DNA of 63,957 nt, the filler included, from an uncultured bacterium (GTDB taxonomy: Bacteria > CAYJOG01): assembly GCA_964371695.1 (NCBI GenBank). It is 6 parts of 6 records of this genome, joined end to end, with 100 filler letters (N's around TTAATTAATTAA, not from the genome) between each part and the next. Parts side by side here need not be neighbours in the genome. Positions count along the whole stretch, not along the records: positions 1 to 10,986 come from CAYJOG010000054.1; 5 more parts are not named here. The stretch is one strand, 5' to 3'. This document shows, in pieces, positions 1-9,340 of the stretch. The translations under genes and the position numbers were made by a program. Within the stretch, counting starts at the first letter, position 1. Each line of letters starts with the position of its first letter. A model generated the notes under the pieces. That model searched no databases, was not told the DNA's origin, and saw nothing but the letters and a program-made list of their open reading frames with translations.

Positions 1-144
1 AGAATCGTGGTGGTCAGTTCTCTGGGCGGCGCGCAGGACAAACTGCTGGAGGCCCTCGAAGCCGGGGCGCTGTCGGTTATCAGCAAACCCTATGACGAAG
101 ACAAGGCCGTGGCGTTGTTCAAAAAGCTGCTGGTCATCGCCTGA
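1..144 (+). CDS. CheY-like response regulator, C-terminal fragment (5' partial)
   Basis: Frame 1 reads RIVVVSSLGGAQDKLLEALEAGALSVISKPYDEDKAV..*, matching receiver-domain beta4-alpha4-beta5 with the conserved KP motif. Confidence 0.8.
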   Translation, partial: RIVVVSSLGGAQDKLLEALEAGALSVISKPYDEDKAVALFKKLLVIA

Positions 145-224
145 GTTGGGGCATGCCGCAGAAACGGTTAGGATGGGGGATGTCTTTGGCGTGGTGACAG
201 TGGCCCGCCAGATTTCACCTCACC

Positions 225-2669
225 ATGCTTGATACCGCCGCGAAGGTCCGCAAGTTTCACCTCACCCTGATCTGCGGGGTGCTTTTTCTGCTCCCCCTCA
301 TCTGGACCCCGCTCTCCAAGGAATCCTTCCGCATTCCCAAGGAATCCATTTTTGAGAGTGTGTTGTGGTTCCTCATGTTGGCTTGGTTCATCAATGGCCT
401 TTACACCGGCGCCATCCGCATCCGCCTCACCGCGCCGCTGCTTCTGTTCGGCGGTTTTTTTCTGGTGAACGCCATCACCGTGCCCATGGCCCGCAACCAC
501 GACTATGCCCTGCGCGACCTCTTTCGCCTGGGGGGCGGCGTGGCGCTCTATTTCTACCTCATCAGCCTGATCGAAGAAGAAGCCGAGGTGGACTGGGTGT
601 GCAAGATGCTCATTCACGGGGCGGTGCTCATGGCCCTGCTGGGCATCCTGCAATATCACGGCAACGTCAATGCCGCAGGCGACGCCGTGGGCGGCTGGAA
701 GCTCGTGCCCCCTCCCCTGCGCAGCCTTTATGCCGAAGACCGGCCCTTCAGCACCAGCGGCAATCCCATCGTGCTCTCCGAACACGTCATCCTCATCGCG
801 CCCCTGGTGGTGCATTACCTGCTCAGCGCCCGCAGTTGGGCCCCCAAGGTGTTTTATTTCCTGCTGTTCGTCATTCTGGGCGGCAGCGTGTTCACCAGCG
901 GCACCAAGGCGGCCTGGGCTGGTTTTGCGGCGTCGCTGGCGCTTTATGGGCTGGTTTATCTCGTGCTGAAACGCAAAAACATCCTGCCCTGGTTTCGCAG
1001 CGCCGACCTCAAGATGGGCCTGCTGGGCGGGGCGCTGGTGGGGGCTGTGTTGCTGGCGCGCATGTCGGGCCTGAAGGGCGTGGAGGTTTATCTCTGGCTT
1101 CTCATTGGCGGCTTGGCGGTTTTTGCCGCCCTGGTGGCCACGCCCTGGGGGGGCATCCTCACCAAAAGCGCCGCCATGATCGGCGCGCTGCTGCTGGTGG
1201 TTTTCTTTTATGAAGGCGGCCCCAGCGCCCGCCGGCCAGTGCTGGAGCGCCTGCGCACCACCACCAGCGTGGGCACCATCCGTCTGGCCCCGCCCGATGA
1301 AATTTACCCCGACCTCATGGCCGAGCCGCCACCAGGGGCAGGCAGCAGCGAAAAACTGAAACAGAAGTTTTATCAAAAGTGGGCCGTCTTCATGGCCACC
1401 CCCAGCAACCAGCAGCGGTTCATGCTCTGGCGCATCACACGGCTGGCCGCCCAGGAGGCCCCCCTGTTTGGCGTGGGCCTGGGCAACTTCTGTTATTACT
1501 TCACCATGAAGCAGGGCACGTTTTTTGAAGACCCGGAACACCGCCACATGGTGAGTCTGGTGCAGGGTCTGGCGCGGCAGGCCCACAACGAAATCTTGCA
1601 GATATGGCTCGAAAACGGCCTGGGGGGTCTGGCGCTGATTTCCCTGGCCTTTGGCGGGCTTTTCATTGTGGCGCTGGTGTCGGTGGCGCGCACGGGCAAC
1701 ATGTTGCTGGCCCCCATGGCCTGCGGCCTCATCGCCACAGTGGTAGAGGGTCAGGCACAGTTCTGCATGCACGTCTCCCCCACCACCTATCTTATTTTGG
1801 GCATGGGCGCATTGGTAGACCGCATGACGCTGTTCAACAAACCCCTGCTGCCCGCCTTTTCCCTCAAATTCCCAAAACTGGACGTGTGGGCGCTGGTGCT
1901 GGTCATTCCCTTTTACTTCGCATGGACTGTGCCCAGTTTTTATTTCTGGAAAGCCGAGCTGGGCAGTTATCTCACCCGTCGGGGAGAAACCTCGCTGGAA
2001 GAAGCCACGAAATATGAAGAAGCCCGCATCACCTGGACCAACAAACTCAACGACGCCAACCAGAAAAACGACACCAAAACAGTCGAGGAATCCCAACGCA
2101 ACGTGGAGACCTTTCTCATCAACCGCGAGCAGAAAATGGATGAAGCGGAGCGGTGGAACTTTGTGGGCCTGAGCGTGGAGCCGGAGAACGAAGAGTTGTG
2201 GTTCAACCTGGGGCTGGTGTATCTGCGCCGGGCGTCGTTCTCCACCGACCCCGCCGAAGAAGAAATGCGTTTTGACCTGCACACCAAGGCCCGTGCTGCC
2301 TATTCGCGCACCAACCAGATTCTGGATTACGGCGTGGCGCGTTATAACCAGGCCATTTCCTATTGGGCCACCAACGAACACGAAAAAGCCATCGAGAGCC
2401 TCAAGCGCGCCCACTTTTTTGACCCGTTTTATGGCCGCACCTATCAATTGCTGATTGATTATCTCTTTCGTCTGCACCGGTTTGAAGAAGCCCTGGCCTG
2501 GCTGGAAAAAGCCAAACTGGCCCAGCCCACGCCCGAAGATTTGCAGAACCTGAACAACATGGAGGCCACCCTGCGTCAGGGCATGGCCAGCCCCGAGCGC
2601 GTGCCCTGGCCACCGGGCTACACACCGCCGCAGGCAACAGGCTCACCCAAGGTGCTGAGCCAGCGATAA
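225..2669 (+). CDS. O-antigen ligase (Wzy_C/WaaL-like) membrane protein with C-terminal TPR repeats
   Basis: Many TM segments; R-P-F-ST-GNP, PLFGVGLGNF and AHNEILQIWLENGLGG motifs; TPR-like C-terminus. Confidence 0.8.
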   Translation: MLDTAAKVRKFHLTLICGVLFLLPLIWTPLSKESFRIPKESIFESVLWFLMLAWFINGLYTGAIRIRLTAPLLLFGGFFLVNAITVPMARNHDYALRDLFRLGGGVALYFYLISLIEEEAEVDWVCKMLIHGAVLMALLGILQYHGNVNAAGDAVGGWKLVPPPLRSLYAEDRPFSTSGNPIVLSEHVILIAPLVVHYLLSARSWAPKVFYFLLFVILGGSVFTSGTKAAWAGFAASLALYGLVYLVLKRKNILPWFRSADLKMGLLGGALVGAVLLARMSGLKGVEVYLWLLIGGLAVFAALVATPWGGILTKSAAMIGALLLVVFFYEGGPSARRPVLERLRTTTSVGTIRLAPPDEIYPDLMAEPPPGAGSSEKLKQKFYQKWAVFMATPSNQQRFMLWRITRLAAQEAPLFGVGLGNFCYYFTMKQGTFFEDPEHRHMVSLVQGLARQAHNEILQIWLENGLGGLALISLAFGGLFIVALVSVARTGNMLLAPMACGLIATVVEGQAQFCMHVSPTTYLILGMGALVDRMTLFNKPLLPAFSLKFPKLDVWALVLVIPFYFAWTVPSFYFWKAELGSYLTRRGETSLEEATKYEEARITWTNKLNDANQKNDTKTVEESQRNVETFLINREQKMDEAERWNFVGLSVEPENEELWFNLGLVYLRRASFSTDPAEEEMRFDLHTKARAAYSRTNQILDYGVARYNQAISYWATNEHEKAIESLKRAHFFDPFYGRTYQLLIDYLFRLHRFEEALAWLEKAKLAQPTPEDLQNLNNMEATLRQGMASPERVPWPPGYTPPQATGSPKVLSQR

Positions 2670-3036
2670 CCCGTCGCTGCACAGCACAGGGCAAAATCAG
2701 ACCTGCACAAGTGGTGTGAACCCGCTGGGACATATTCAGAGTTGGCGTAGGCTCGCTGCAAAGCTGGCGACACCCATGGCCAGAGGCCAAGGATGGCCGT
2801 TTCCGCCGCCGGTGAGGCGCGGCAGGGGCCTGGCCAGAACGCTTCTGCCCACAAAAAACCTCGCTCAAAGGAATACTTTTTGGGCTGGGCTGAGCCGTGC
2901 GGCGTCGTTTGCAAGGTTTCACGGAGAAACCGGCGAACCAGAAAATATAAGCAGGGCTGGTTCTTTTTGTCTTGCGGCCAAGTGCTCTTTCTTCTCTACC
3001 TCTACGGTGATTTTGGACTAAAATGCCTCAACATCG

Positions 3037-3109
3037 GGGGCAGTAGCTCAGTTGGTAGAGCGCAGCGTTCGCAATGCTGAGGTCAGGGGTTCGATCCCCC
3101 TCTGCTCCA
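3037..3109 (+). tRNA. tRNA-Ala (anticodon CGC), CCA not encoded
   Basis: GGGGCAG/CTGCTCC acceptor stem with G3:U70, D-arm TAGCTCAGTTGGTAGAGC, anticodon arm CAGCG-TTCGCAA-TGCTG, T-arm GGTTCGATCCC; followed by ACCC rather than ACCA. Confidence 0.95.
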
Positions 3110-3122
3110 CCCCCACTCGCCA

Positions 3123-4039
3123 ATGGCCATTCCCGATTACCAAAGCCTGATGTTGCCCCTGCTGCAATTGGCTGCGGATGGGGGATTGCATACCCGCAAG
3201 GAAGCCGTAGAGGCTCTTTCGACCAGCTTTTCCCTGTCGCAAGAGGAGCGATCCCAGCTTCTTCCCAGTGGAAAGCAAGCGCTCATGACAAGTCGGGTGG
3301 GGTGGGCGGTTTCCTATTTGAAAATGGCTGATTTGCTGATTTACCCAAAGAGGGGTGTTTTTCAAATCACCGCTGAAGGGACAGCCCTCATACAAAAGAA
3401 GGACATAACCCTCAACGTCAAATTTCTGCAAACCTTGCCGGCTTACCAGAATCATGCTGCTTCCACCTGCAAGGAGGCTTTAAACAAAACAGAAATCGGA
3501 ACCACCGAAGAATCGGTGCTGTCCCCCGACGAAACCATTGACCAAGCCTACGGCCAAATCCGCGCCGCGCTGGAGATGGAGTTGCTGGAGAGGATAAAGA
3601 GCTGCTCCAGCGGGTTTTTTGAGGGACTGGTCATCGAACTGCTGCTGGCCATGGGGTATGGCGGCAGTCAGGAAGACGCTGGGGAAATCCGGGGCAAGAG
3701 CCACGATGGTGGCTTGATGGCCTGATCAAAGAAGACCGCCTGGGGCTGGACCGTATTTATGTTCAGGCCAAACGATATGCTGAGAACACTGTCGGGCGAC
3801 CAGCGGTGCAGGGATTTGTAGGGGCGTTGCAGGAGCACGGCGCGCAAAAGGGCGTGTTTTTCACCACCTCCACTTTTACCAAAGAAGCCGCACAATCCGC
3901 CCAGAACAACAAGCTGGTCAAAGTGGTTCTGGTGGATGGCCCCGCGCTGGTGCGCTTGATGGTGGATTTCAACGTGGGCGTTTCCATTTCCCAGACCTAC
4001 CAGATCAAAAAGCTGGACGAAGATTTTTTCCAGGAATAA
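3123..4039 (+). pseudogene. mrr: Mrr-family type IV restriction endonuclease, split by 1-nt deletion near 3713
   Basis: N-terminal MAIPDYQSLMLPLL (Mrr_N wHTH); after SHDGG the shifted frame continues DGLIKEDRLGLDRIYVQAKRY...KLDEDFFQE*. Confidence 0.88.
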
Positions 4040-4677
4040 TCGGTGCCAAGGTATCGCTCGAACACCCGCCGCACCAGCGAGACTTCATCCTGATTGATCA
4101 TCAGCCGCAGGGCCGGGTGGGCCACGTCATAGCCCAGGGGCGGCTTACCCCCACACCACTTCCCCAGGCGTTTGTGGGCTGCGATTTTCTCACGGATGCG
4201 CTCGGCGGTGAGTTCCCGCTCGAACTGGGCGAAGGACAAAAGAATGTTCAGCGTGAGCCTGCCCATGCTGGTGGTGGTGTTGAACTGCTGCGTGACGCTG
4301 ACGAAGGACACCTTGTGCTGGTCAAAAATCTCAACGATTTTGCCGAAGTCGGCGATGGAGCGCGTGAGCCGGTCAATCCGCTGCACCACCACCACGTCCA
4401 CGTCGCCCGCCTGCACGTCCGACAGCAGCCGCTGCATCGCCGGGCGGCCCAGGTCGCCGCCAGAGAACCCGCCGTCGTCGTATTGCCGGGGCAGCAGCAA
4501 CCACCCCGCTTCCCGCTGGCTCACGATATACGCCTCACAGGCGGCGCGCTGGTTATCCAGGGAGTTGTAGTCCTGGTCCAGCCCTTCCTCGGTGGATTTG
4601 CGGGTGTAGAGCGCACAGCGTTTAGGGAGCGTCACCGCAGGCGGGGTGATGGCCACGGGGGTGAGGCGGCGCTTCAC
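3997..4677 (-). pseudogene. Serine recombinase (resolvase domain), C-terminally truncated
   Basis: CALYTRKS catalytic Ser motif, RIDRLTRS, SFAQFERELTAERIR, GGKPPLGYD; homology stops at VRRVFERYL and the tail is antisense of mrr. Confidence 0.8.
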
Positions 4678-5201
4678 GGGGCCGCCACCCTTTCTGTCGG
4701 GATTACTGCGGATTTTTGTTTCGGCACGGCGATTTGCCGCAAACCGAAAAACCGGTAGCCATTCCAGCTCACGCCGGTGATGGCCAGTGCGATGCGGGAA
4801 AGTGACGTGAACTTCTGCCCCCGGTATTCAAAGCCATCCACCAGCACCAGCACTTCGTGCTGCACCCCCGCGTGGTCGCGCAGCAAACGCGTGCCGGGCA
4901 GCAGGCGGGGCCTGCGCTTGGTGGCGGGTTTTTTCTTTCGGTTCCCCGGTGTGGGTTCAGAGTCCAGACCTTCCTCGCGCAGCAGCAGATTCAGGCGGTC
5001 GCGGGTGGCCGGGGGCAGGCCCCCGTGGGCGATTTCCTGCAACCGGCAGGCGAGGCGGCGCTCCAGATAAACGCGGTTGTACCCCGGCGCGGCGCATCCC
5101 AGCAGCAACTCGTAACGGGCCTTCAGTTCCGCCATGGCAAGCCGGGGCAACTCCGCCAGTTGTTGGTCCAGCAGCATGTCATCGGTTGCACCAGATTTCA
5201 C
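4674..5201 (-). CDS. DUF2924 family protein
   Basis: LACRLQEIAHGGL, LLPGTRLLR, SLSRIALAITGVSWNGYRFFGL; 4-nt overlap with recombinase, usual pairing for this family. Confidence 0.85.
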   Translation of the reverse strand: MKSGATDDMLLDQQLAELPRLAMAELKARYELLLGCAAPGYNRVYLERRLACRLQEIAHGGLPPATRDRLNLLLREEGLDSEPTPGNRKKKPATKRRPRLLPGTRLLRDHAGVQHEVLVLVDGFEYRGQKFTSLSRIALAITGVSWNGYRFFGLRQIAVPKQKSAVIPTERVAAP

Positions 5202-5401
5202 GCCTTCACCCCGTTTTCCACCACGTCCACAGCAGGCCTCGGTTCCAGCGCCGTTTCAACCCCATCTGCCGCCCACTCCAACCCGGTTGACTTCTCCAGC
5301 ATCCGCAGCCTGTGCCGCAGGTAGGCGGTGGCCATCAGTGAAGAGATTCCTTCCAGACAGTTACTTCCGGTGGGCGTTGAAGAGGGATTAAAAGGCTTCA
5401 T
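5198..5401 (-). CDS. Small hypothetical protein of the DUF2924/recombinase cassette
   Basis: 67-aa ORF that fits tightly between helicase stop and DUF2924 start (GTGA overlap). Confidence 0.5.
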   Translation of the reverse strand: MKPFNPSSTPTGSNCLEGISSLMATAYLRHRLRMLEKSTGLEWAADGVETALEPRPAVDVVENGVKA

Positions 5402-5403
5402 GG

Positions 5404-7188
5404 CTAATCTCCCTTTGCCATGCGGAGTTCTTTTTCCGGCATCAACAGACTTGCTTCAAAGACCCAGGCATTGAAGGTGCCTTGGCTGGAAAACCCAACC
5501 GGGTATCGTGTTTTTTTTCCTGCCTGCCTGGCTCCGTCACCCATCAAAAGTCCTGCTTCCAACAATTGCCGCCCCACGGCGTGGTTGCTGTAGGAGAATG
5601 GGGTGCCGTGGGTTTTTCGATAGGTTTCCCGGAAAAGCGCCATGGCGGGCCCAGGGATGAGCCGGACAAACTGCCCGCAGGATGAAAGAAACCCCACCAC
5701 AATTTCAGGTCGGGCCTCCGGTGCGGTTCTTCTTGCCTGGAGAATCACGGCCTGACCCGTGAGAATGAGTTCCCGAAGGTGTGTGAGAAAAACTTCTGCA
5801 GGCCGGGTTTCCTGCACCCGCAACGCCATGGCGCACAATAATTTCCCAAGCACCACTTCATGCCGGGACGCCAGTGACTCAGCCTCTCGCTTGGTGAGGC
5901 CCCCCTCCGCACAAACGAATGCCAGAAACTCAGACAGGCTGGTTTGGTTCAGGGCAACAGCCCCACAAAGGCGGGGGGCGTTGTCCACGTCACTCACATT
6001 TTTTTCCAGAAAGTTCAGCCAAAATTTCTTTCTGCGGCGGGCCTGTTCAGAGAGAGCCTTCTCATCTCTTCCCTGCAACCAAGCGATATATGGCCCAGGA
6101 ACCTGACGGTAACTCTCCTGCCACTCCTGACACCGCTCAAACAAGTCCGGATTTCGGCTGCCCTTGAATTCCAACACCAGGGACCGGGCCAACACCGCTG
6201 TTTCATTGGATGGCAGATCCTCGCCAGGGACCAACAGGGCGCAATGCAACGGAAGGCCCGTTTTGACTTTCGCCCCCGGTGTCGCCCGATGTCGCCCTTG
6301 CCCGTCGGCATAGTCCATGAGCACCCGCAGGGCGTTGGTCCAGTGGAGATCACCAATTTTTCCTCGTTTGAAATCATCAATCACCCACAAGTTCCCCCTT
6401 CCCCGCGCCGCTTCCTGGCGGCAATACTCCGGCGTGGACCCCCAATTCGCCAAATCGTCCAATGTTTGGAAATCCCCGTAAAAATTCTGCAACAGGCGGG
6501 CACATTCCGATTTGCCGATTCCCGAAGGCCCAGTGAGAAAAAGAACGTAAGGGCGAAAACTCCTTTTTAACCGGGTTCCAAACAGCAGTGGCCCCACAAA
6601 CACATGAGCCAGCAAGGGCAACATGAATTCTTCATCGTGCAAACAGAGGAGATCCTCGAAAATGTGGCTCAAAATCAGCCGCAACGAATCCCCCTCCACC
6701 GGAGCCAAGTCCAACAATTTCACCTTTGGGTAGTTGCCATCCGCAGACACTTCCACATCCGCCTTGCCAGTGGGAAGGATTTCCCCTTTCCGGATGATCA
6801 GGGAGGGGGACCGAAATTCCCCGGAGGGATGCAGACCAAAAAACGTGCTGACATGCACGGTGGGTCGCCCTGCGGACAGGGCCTGCGCCACCAAACGGAT
6901 GTCCTCGATGCAATTCCGGTAACACACCGCCAGATCACTGGAAGCCGCCGCAATGGCCGCCAGCAGTTCCTGGTTGCTGTACCACTCCCTGGAGTTGATG
7001 AAAAAGTCCCTTTTTCCCTCGGCCCAGATCACCCTTCCCACCAGCCGTTTCCAACTCATTGACTCCCCGTCTTCCCGCGCCTCTCCTTCGTCCAGCACCT
7101 GTTCCTCATCCAGAACAAGATGAAAGTTGGTAAGCCGCCATTGGTGGACATCTACCCCGTCTTTTTTTTCTTCCGCACCGTTTTCCAT
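5404..7188 (-). CDS. P-loop ATPase/helicase-like replication protein (probably the -1 frame continuation of the primase)
   Basis: Walker A GPSGIGKS, Walker B LWVIDD; start uncertain (ATG 7188 or frameshift from primase). Confidence 0.7.
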   Translation of the reverse strand: MENGAEEKKDGVDVHQWRLTNFHLVLDEEQVLDEGEAREDGESMSWKRLVGRVIWAEGKRDFFINSREWYSNQELLAAIAAASSDLAVCYRNCIEDIRLVAQALSAGRPTVHVSTFFGLHPSGEFRSPSLIIRKGEILPTGKADVEVSADGNYPKVKLLDLAPVEGDSLRLILSHIFEDLLCLHDEEFMLPLLAHVFVGPLLFGTRLKRSFRPYVLFLTGPSGIGKSECARLLQNFYGDFQTLDDLANWGSTPEYCRQEAARGRGNLWVIDDFKRGKIGDLHWTNALRVLMDYADGQGRHRATPGAKVKTGLPLHCALLVPGEDLPSNETAVLARSLVLEFKGSRNPDLFERCQEWQESYRQVPGPYIAWLQGRDEKALSEQARRRKKFWLNFLEKNVSDVDNAPRLCGAVALNQTSLSEFLAFVCAEGGLTKREAESLASRHEVVLGKLLCAMALRVQETRPAEVFLTHLRELILTGQAVILQARRTAPEARPEIVVGFLSSCGQFVRLIPGPAMALFRETYRKTHGTPFSYSNHAVGRQLLEAGLLMGDGARQAGKKTRYPVGFSSQGTFNAWVFEASLLMPEKELRMAKGD

Positions 7189-8900
7189 ATCTCTGCACCC
7201 CTGAGGAAATACGCCATGTTCCCCATTTCCAGAATCGGGTCTTCTTCCTGGCTCTCCACAACTTGCGGTGTGTTGGCCTGTTCCCTGAGCGGCGACAGTG
7301 TTTCCTGGTCTGAACACTGGCCAGACCCACGCACGGGTTTTTTTTCTTTCCGGACCTCCTGAAAAATGGCCCTCAGGATATTGACGCCAATGCTCCGGCT
7401 TTTGCAGGCCGCCTTCAGGATGCCTTCGAAGTGCGCCTGCTCCACTGGCGGCAGGTCAAAAATTATTTGGACCAGGGGAAACAGAATCTCTTTGCCTTGG
7501 TCCAGAGAAATCTGACCGGGCAGCATCTCCACCAGCATTTCCACCGGATGCTTGGCCTTTTTCAACAGTTCCAGGAATTCTTCCTTCTCATGGCCATGCA
7601 GAAAATACGAGGCCACGTCCTGCTTGGCGGTTTTTTCAAGCCCATCCAGAACCTGTTCAACTCCAGGCTCCTGGTTCTTTTCCCGCACCACCCCCGGCTT
7701 TAATCCGTACTCCTGGCTCAGTTGGTCCCAGGCCGCCTGTTGTTCGCTTTCCAGCGGCAATTCCAGCACCAGCGCCTTGATCCCGTCCCCTCGCAGGTGC
7801 AACGCAACATCCATGGCATGGCGCTGACCTACATTGGAAAACTCCTGGTCCAGACACAACACCACTTTTTCCATCTCTCTCAGCCGGGATTTAATCCGAG
7901 CCAAATCGGTGAGCTTGAATTTCACCGTGGCTGGCGACAGGGAAGGAATCCCTCTTGCCTCAAGGGCCAAGCAGTCGGCAAATCCCTCCGTGATCACCAG
8001 GGTCTTTACGGAGTTGCTCGCCAGCACCTCTTCGTTGAACAACCACCCGTTGTTCACACAGGGTGCAACCCACGGGGACTTTTCGGGATGATGTACCCAT
8101 AGTTTTTTGAATTGGGGCGGCTCCTGCGTTTTTCGGAAGGTCCACGGCGTGCAGCGCCCTGCCATGTAAATCACCTGATTCCCGCGAAGATATGGGAAGG
8201 TTATCCGGCCAGCCAGGTGAGACTTCAGGGTAGAGGCGCTCCCGCCGCTGTTCCCAGGGGTAAAGGCTCCAGTACCCAGAATTTCTTCCTGAAGGAACCC
8301 TTCCCGGCGAAGTGCAGCCAGAGGCTGGCGATGTTCACAAAAACCCAAACCACACTTCTCCACCACTTCCCGGTCAAATCCATACTGCTTTTTTAACCAC
8401 GTCAGCCCCTCCGGAAAATTGAGCAATTTTTCCTGATACAACTGGCCCAGGCGGGTCAAACACAGCAAAACCCGGTGTTCAAAATGCTGTCGAGCCTCTG
8501 CCGCTTCCTGCTCCTCTCTGGGCAGCCCTTTTCCCCCAAGTGGCGGTAATCCCACATGATGCGCCAGCCAGTCCCTCGCCTCCCGGTGCGAAGCGGACAT
8601 GATTCCTCGTTGCCCTTTTGTGACTTGGCCCGATTGGACAAATTCCACTAGGTGCAATACCCCGCCCCCCTCCTGGCAGCCATGGCAAAACCAAAGCCCC
8701 CGGCCCACGTCCACCTGCAGGCTCTGCTTTGATTTGCTGGCGTGACGGGGGCAATCCACCTTCAGGACATTCCCGGAATCCCCGGTTATCCGGCCCGGCA
8801 ATAATCGTCCCACCATGCTCCTGAAATCCGCCTCTTGAAGCCGCTGGTAGTAATCACTCACACCCATTTGGGTTTTCCCGGTTGAGTTTGAATTGCCCAT
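7152..8900 (-). CDS. DnaG-like DNA primase (CHC2 Zn finger + Toprim)
   Basis: CPRH...WFCHGC zinc finger, GRITFP, ITEGFADCLAL Toprim, LCLDQE; AGGAGG SD before ATG 8900. Confidence 0.8.
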   Translation of the reverse strand: MGNSNSTGKTQMGVSDYYQRLQEADFRSMVGRLLPGRITGDSGNVLKVDCPRHASKSKQSLQVDVGRGLWFCHGCQEGGGVLHLVEFVQSGQVTKGQRGIMSASHREARDWLAHHVGLPPLGGKGLPREEQEAAEARQHFEHRVLLCLTRLGQLYQEKLLNFPEGLTWLKKQYGFDREVVEKCGLGFCEHRQPLAALRREGFLQEEILGTGAFTPGNSGGSASTLKSHLAGRITFPYLRGNQVIYMAGRCTPWTFRKTQEPPQFKKLWVHHPEKSPWVAPCVNNGWLFNEEVLASNSVKTLVITEGFADCLALEARGIPSLSPATVKFKLTDLARIKSRLREMEKVVLCLDQEFSNVGQRHAMDVALHLRGDGIKALVLELPLESEQQAAWDQLSQEYGLKPGVVREKNQEPGVEQVLDGLEKTAKQDVASYFLHGHEKEEFLELLKKAKHPVEMLVEMLPGQISLDQGKEILFPLVQIIFDLPPVEQAHFEGILKAACKSRSIGVNILRAIFQEVRKEKKPVRGSGQCSDQETLSPLREQANTPQVVESQEEDPILEMGNMAYFLRGAEIWKTVRKKKKTG

Positions 8901-8993
8901 AGTCAGAACCTCCTGGGGCATCCCCATAAACATGAGGCCCACACAAATATTCCCGCTGTTTTCCCCCCATCACGAGGACACCTTTGGCAATCA

Positions 8994-9111
8994 AATTGGA
9001 CATTTTAAAAAGGCAAAAACGGGCTTTTTAAGGCCATTTCTCCAATTTGGGGTGTTGAATTGGACATTTGCAACGCCTCCATGTGACATTGAATTCGCAA
9101 AATGTCCAATT
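8994..9111. repeat. 12-bp motif AATTGGACATTT in direct (8994, 9058) and inverted (9100) copies upstream of primase
   Basis: Exact copies read from sequence; partial inverted copy TCCAATTT near 9041. Confidence 0.65.
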
Positions 9112-9186
9112 TGTTCACTCATGCGTGACAAAAAGCTACCCGCGCCCTTTCCGGGTTCCTCCACAAATCAGGGCTGGGGCCTTTGG

Positions 9187-9335
9187 CAGGGTGTTGAGAA
9201 AGTCCCTCCTGGCCTTTCTCAACCTGTTTTGCTCAGGCAAAGCCCTCGCAAACCAACGCTTTTATTGGAGTTTTTCAAACCCCAATAAGCGGAAAATCCA
9301 TCCGTGGATTTAACAGGGCGTTTATCAACACCCTG
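9187..9335 (-). mobile_element. MITE family A copy 1 (TIR CAGGGTGTTGA)
   Basis: Terminal inverted repeats; reverse complement aligns end to end with 33307-33454. Confidence 0.8.
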
Positions 9336-9340
9336 TTAGG

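Noticed and set aside
168-2477. 769-aa antisense ORF and similar long shadows (13452-15563, 19194-20867, 45554-47587, 51302-53272)
   Set aside because: They mirror well-supported genes on the opposite strand in GC-rich DNA and show no motifs
2745-2920. Possible ncRNA or riboswitch before the tRNA
   Set aside because: Has hairpins and a GGCCAAGGATGGCC motif but no recognisable aptamer; most likely a decayed MITE with unclear ends
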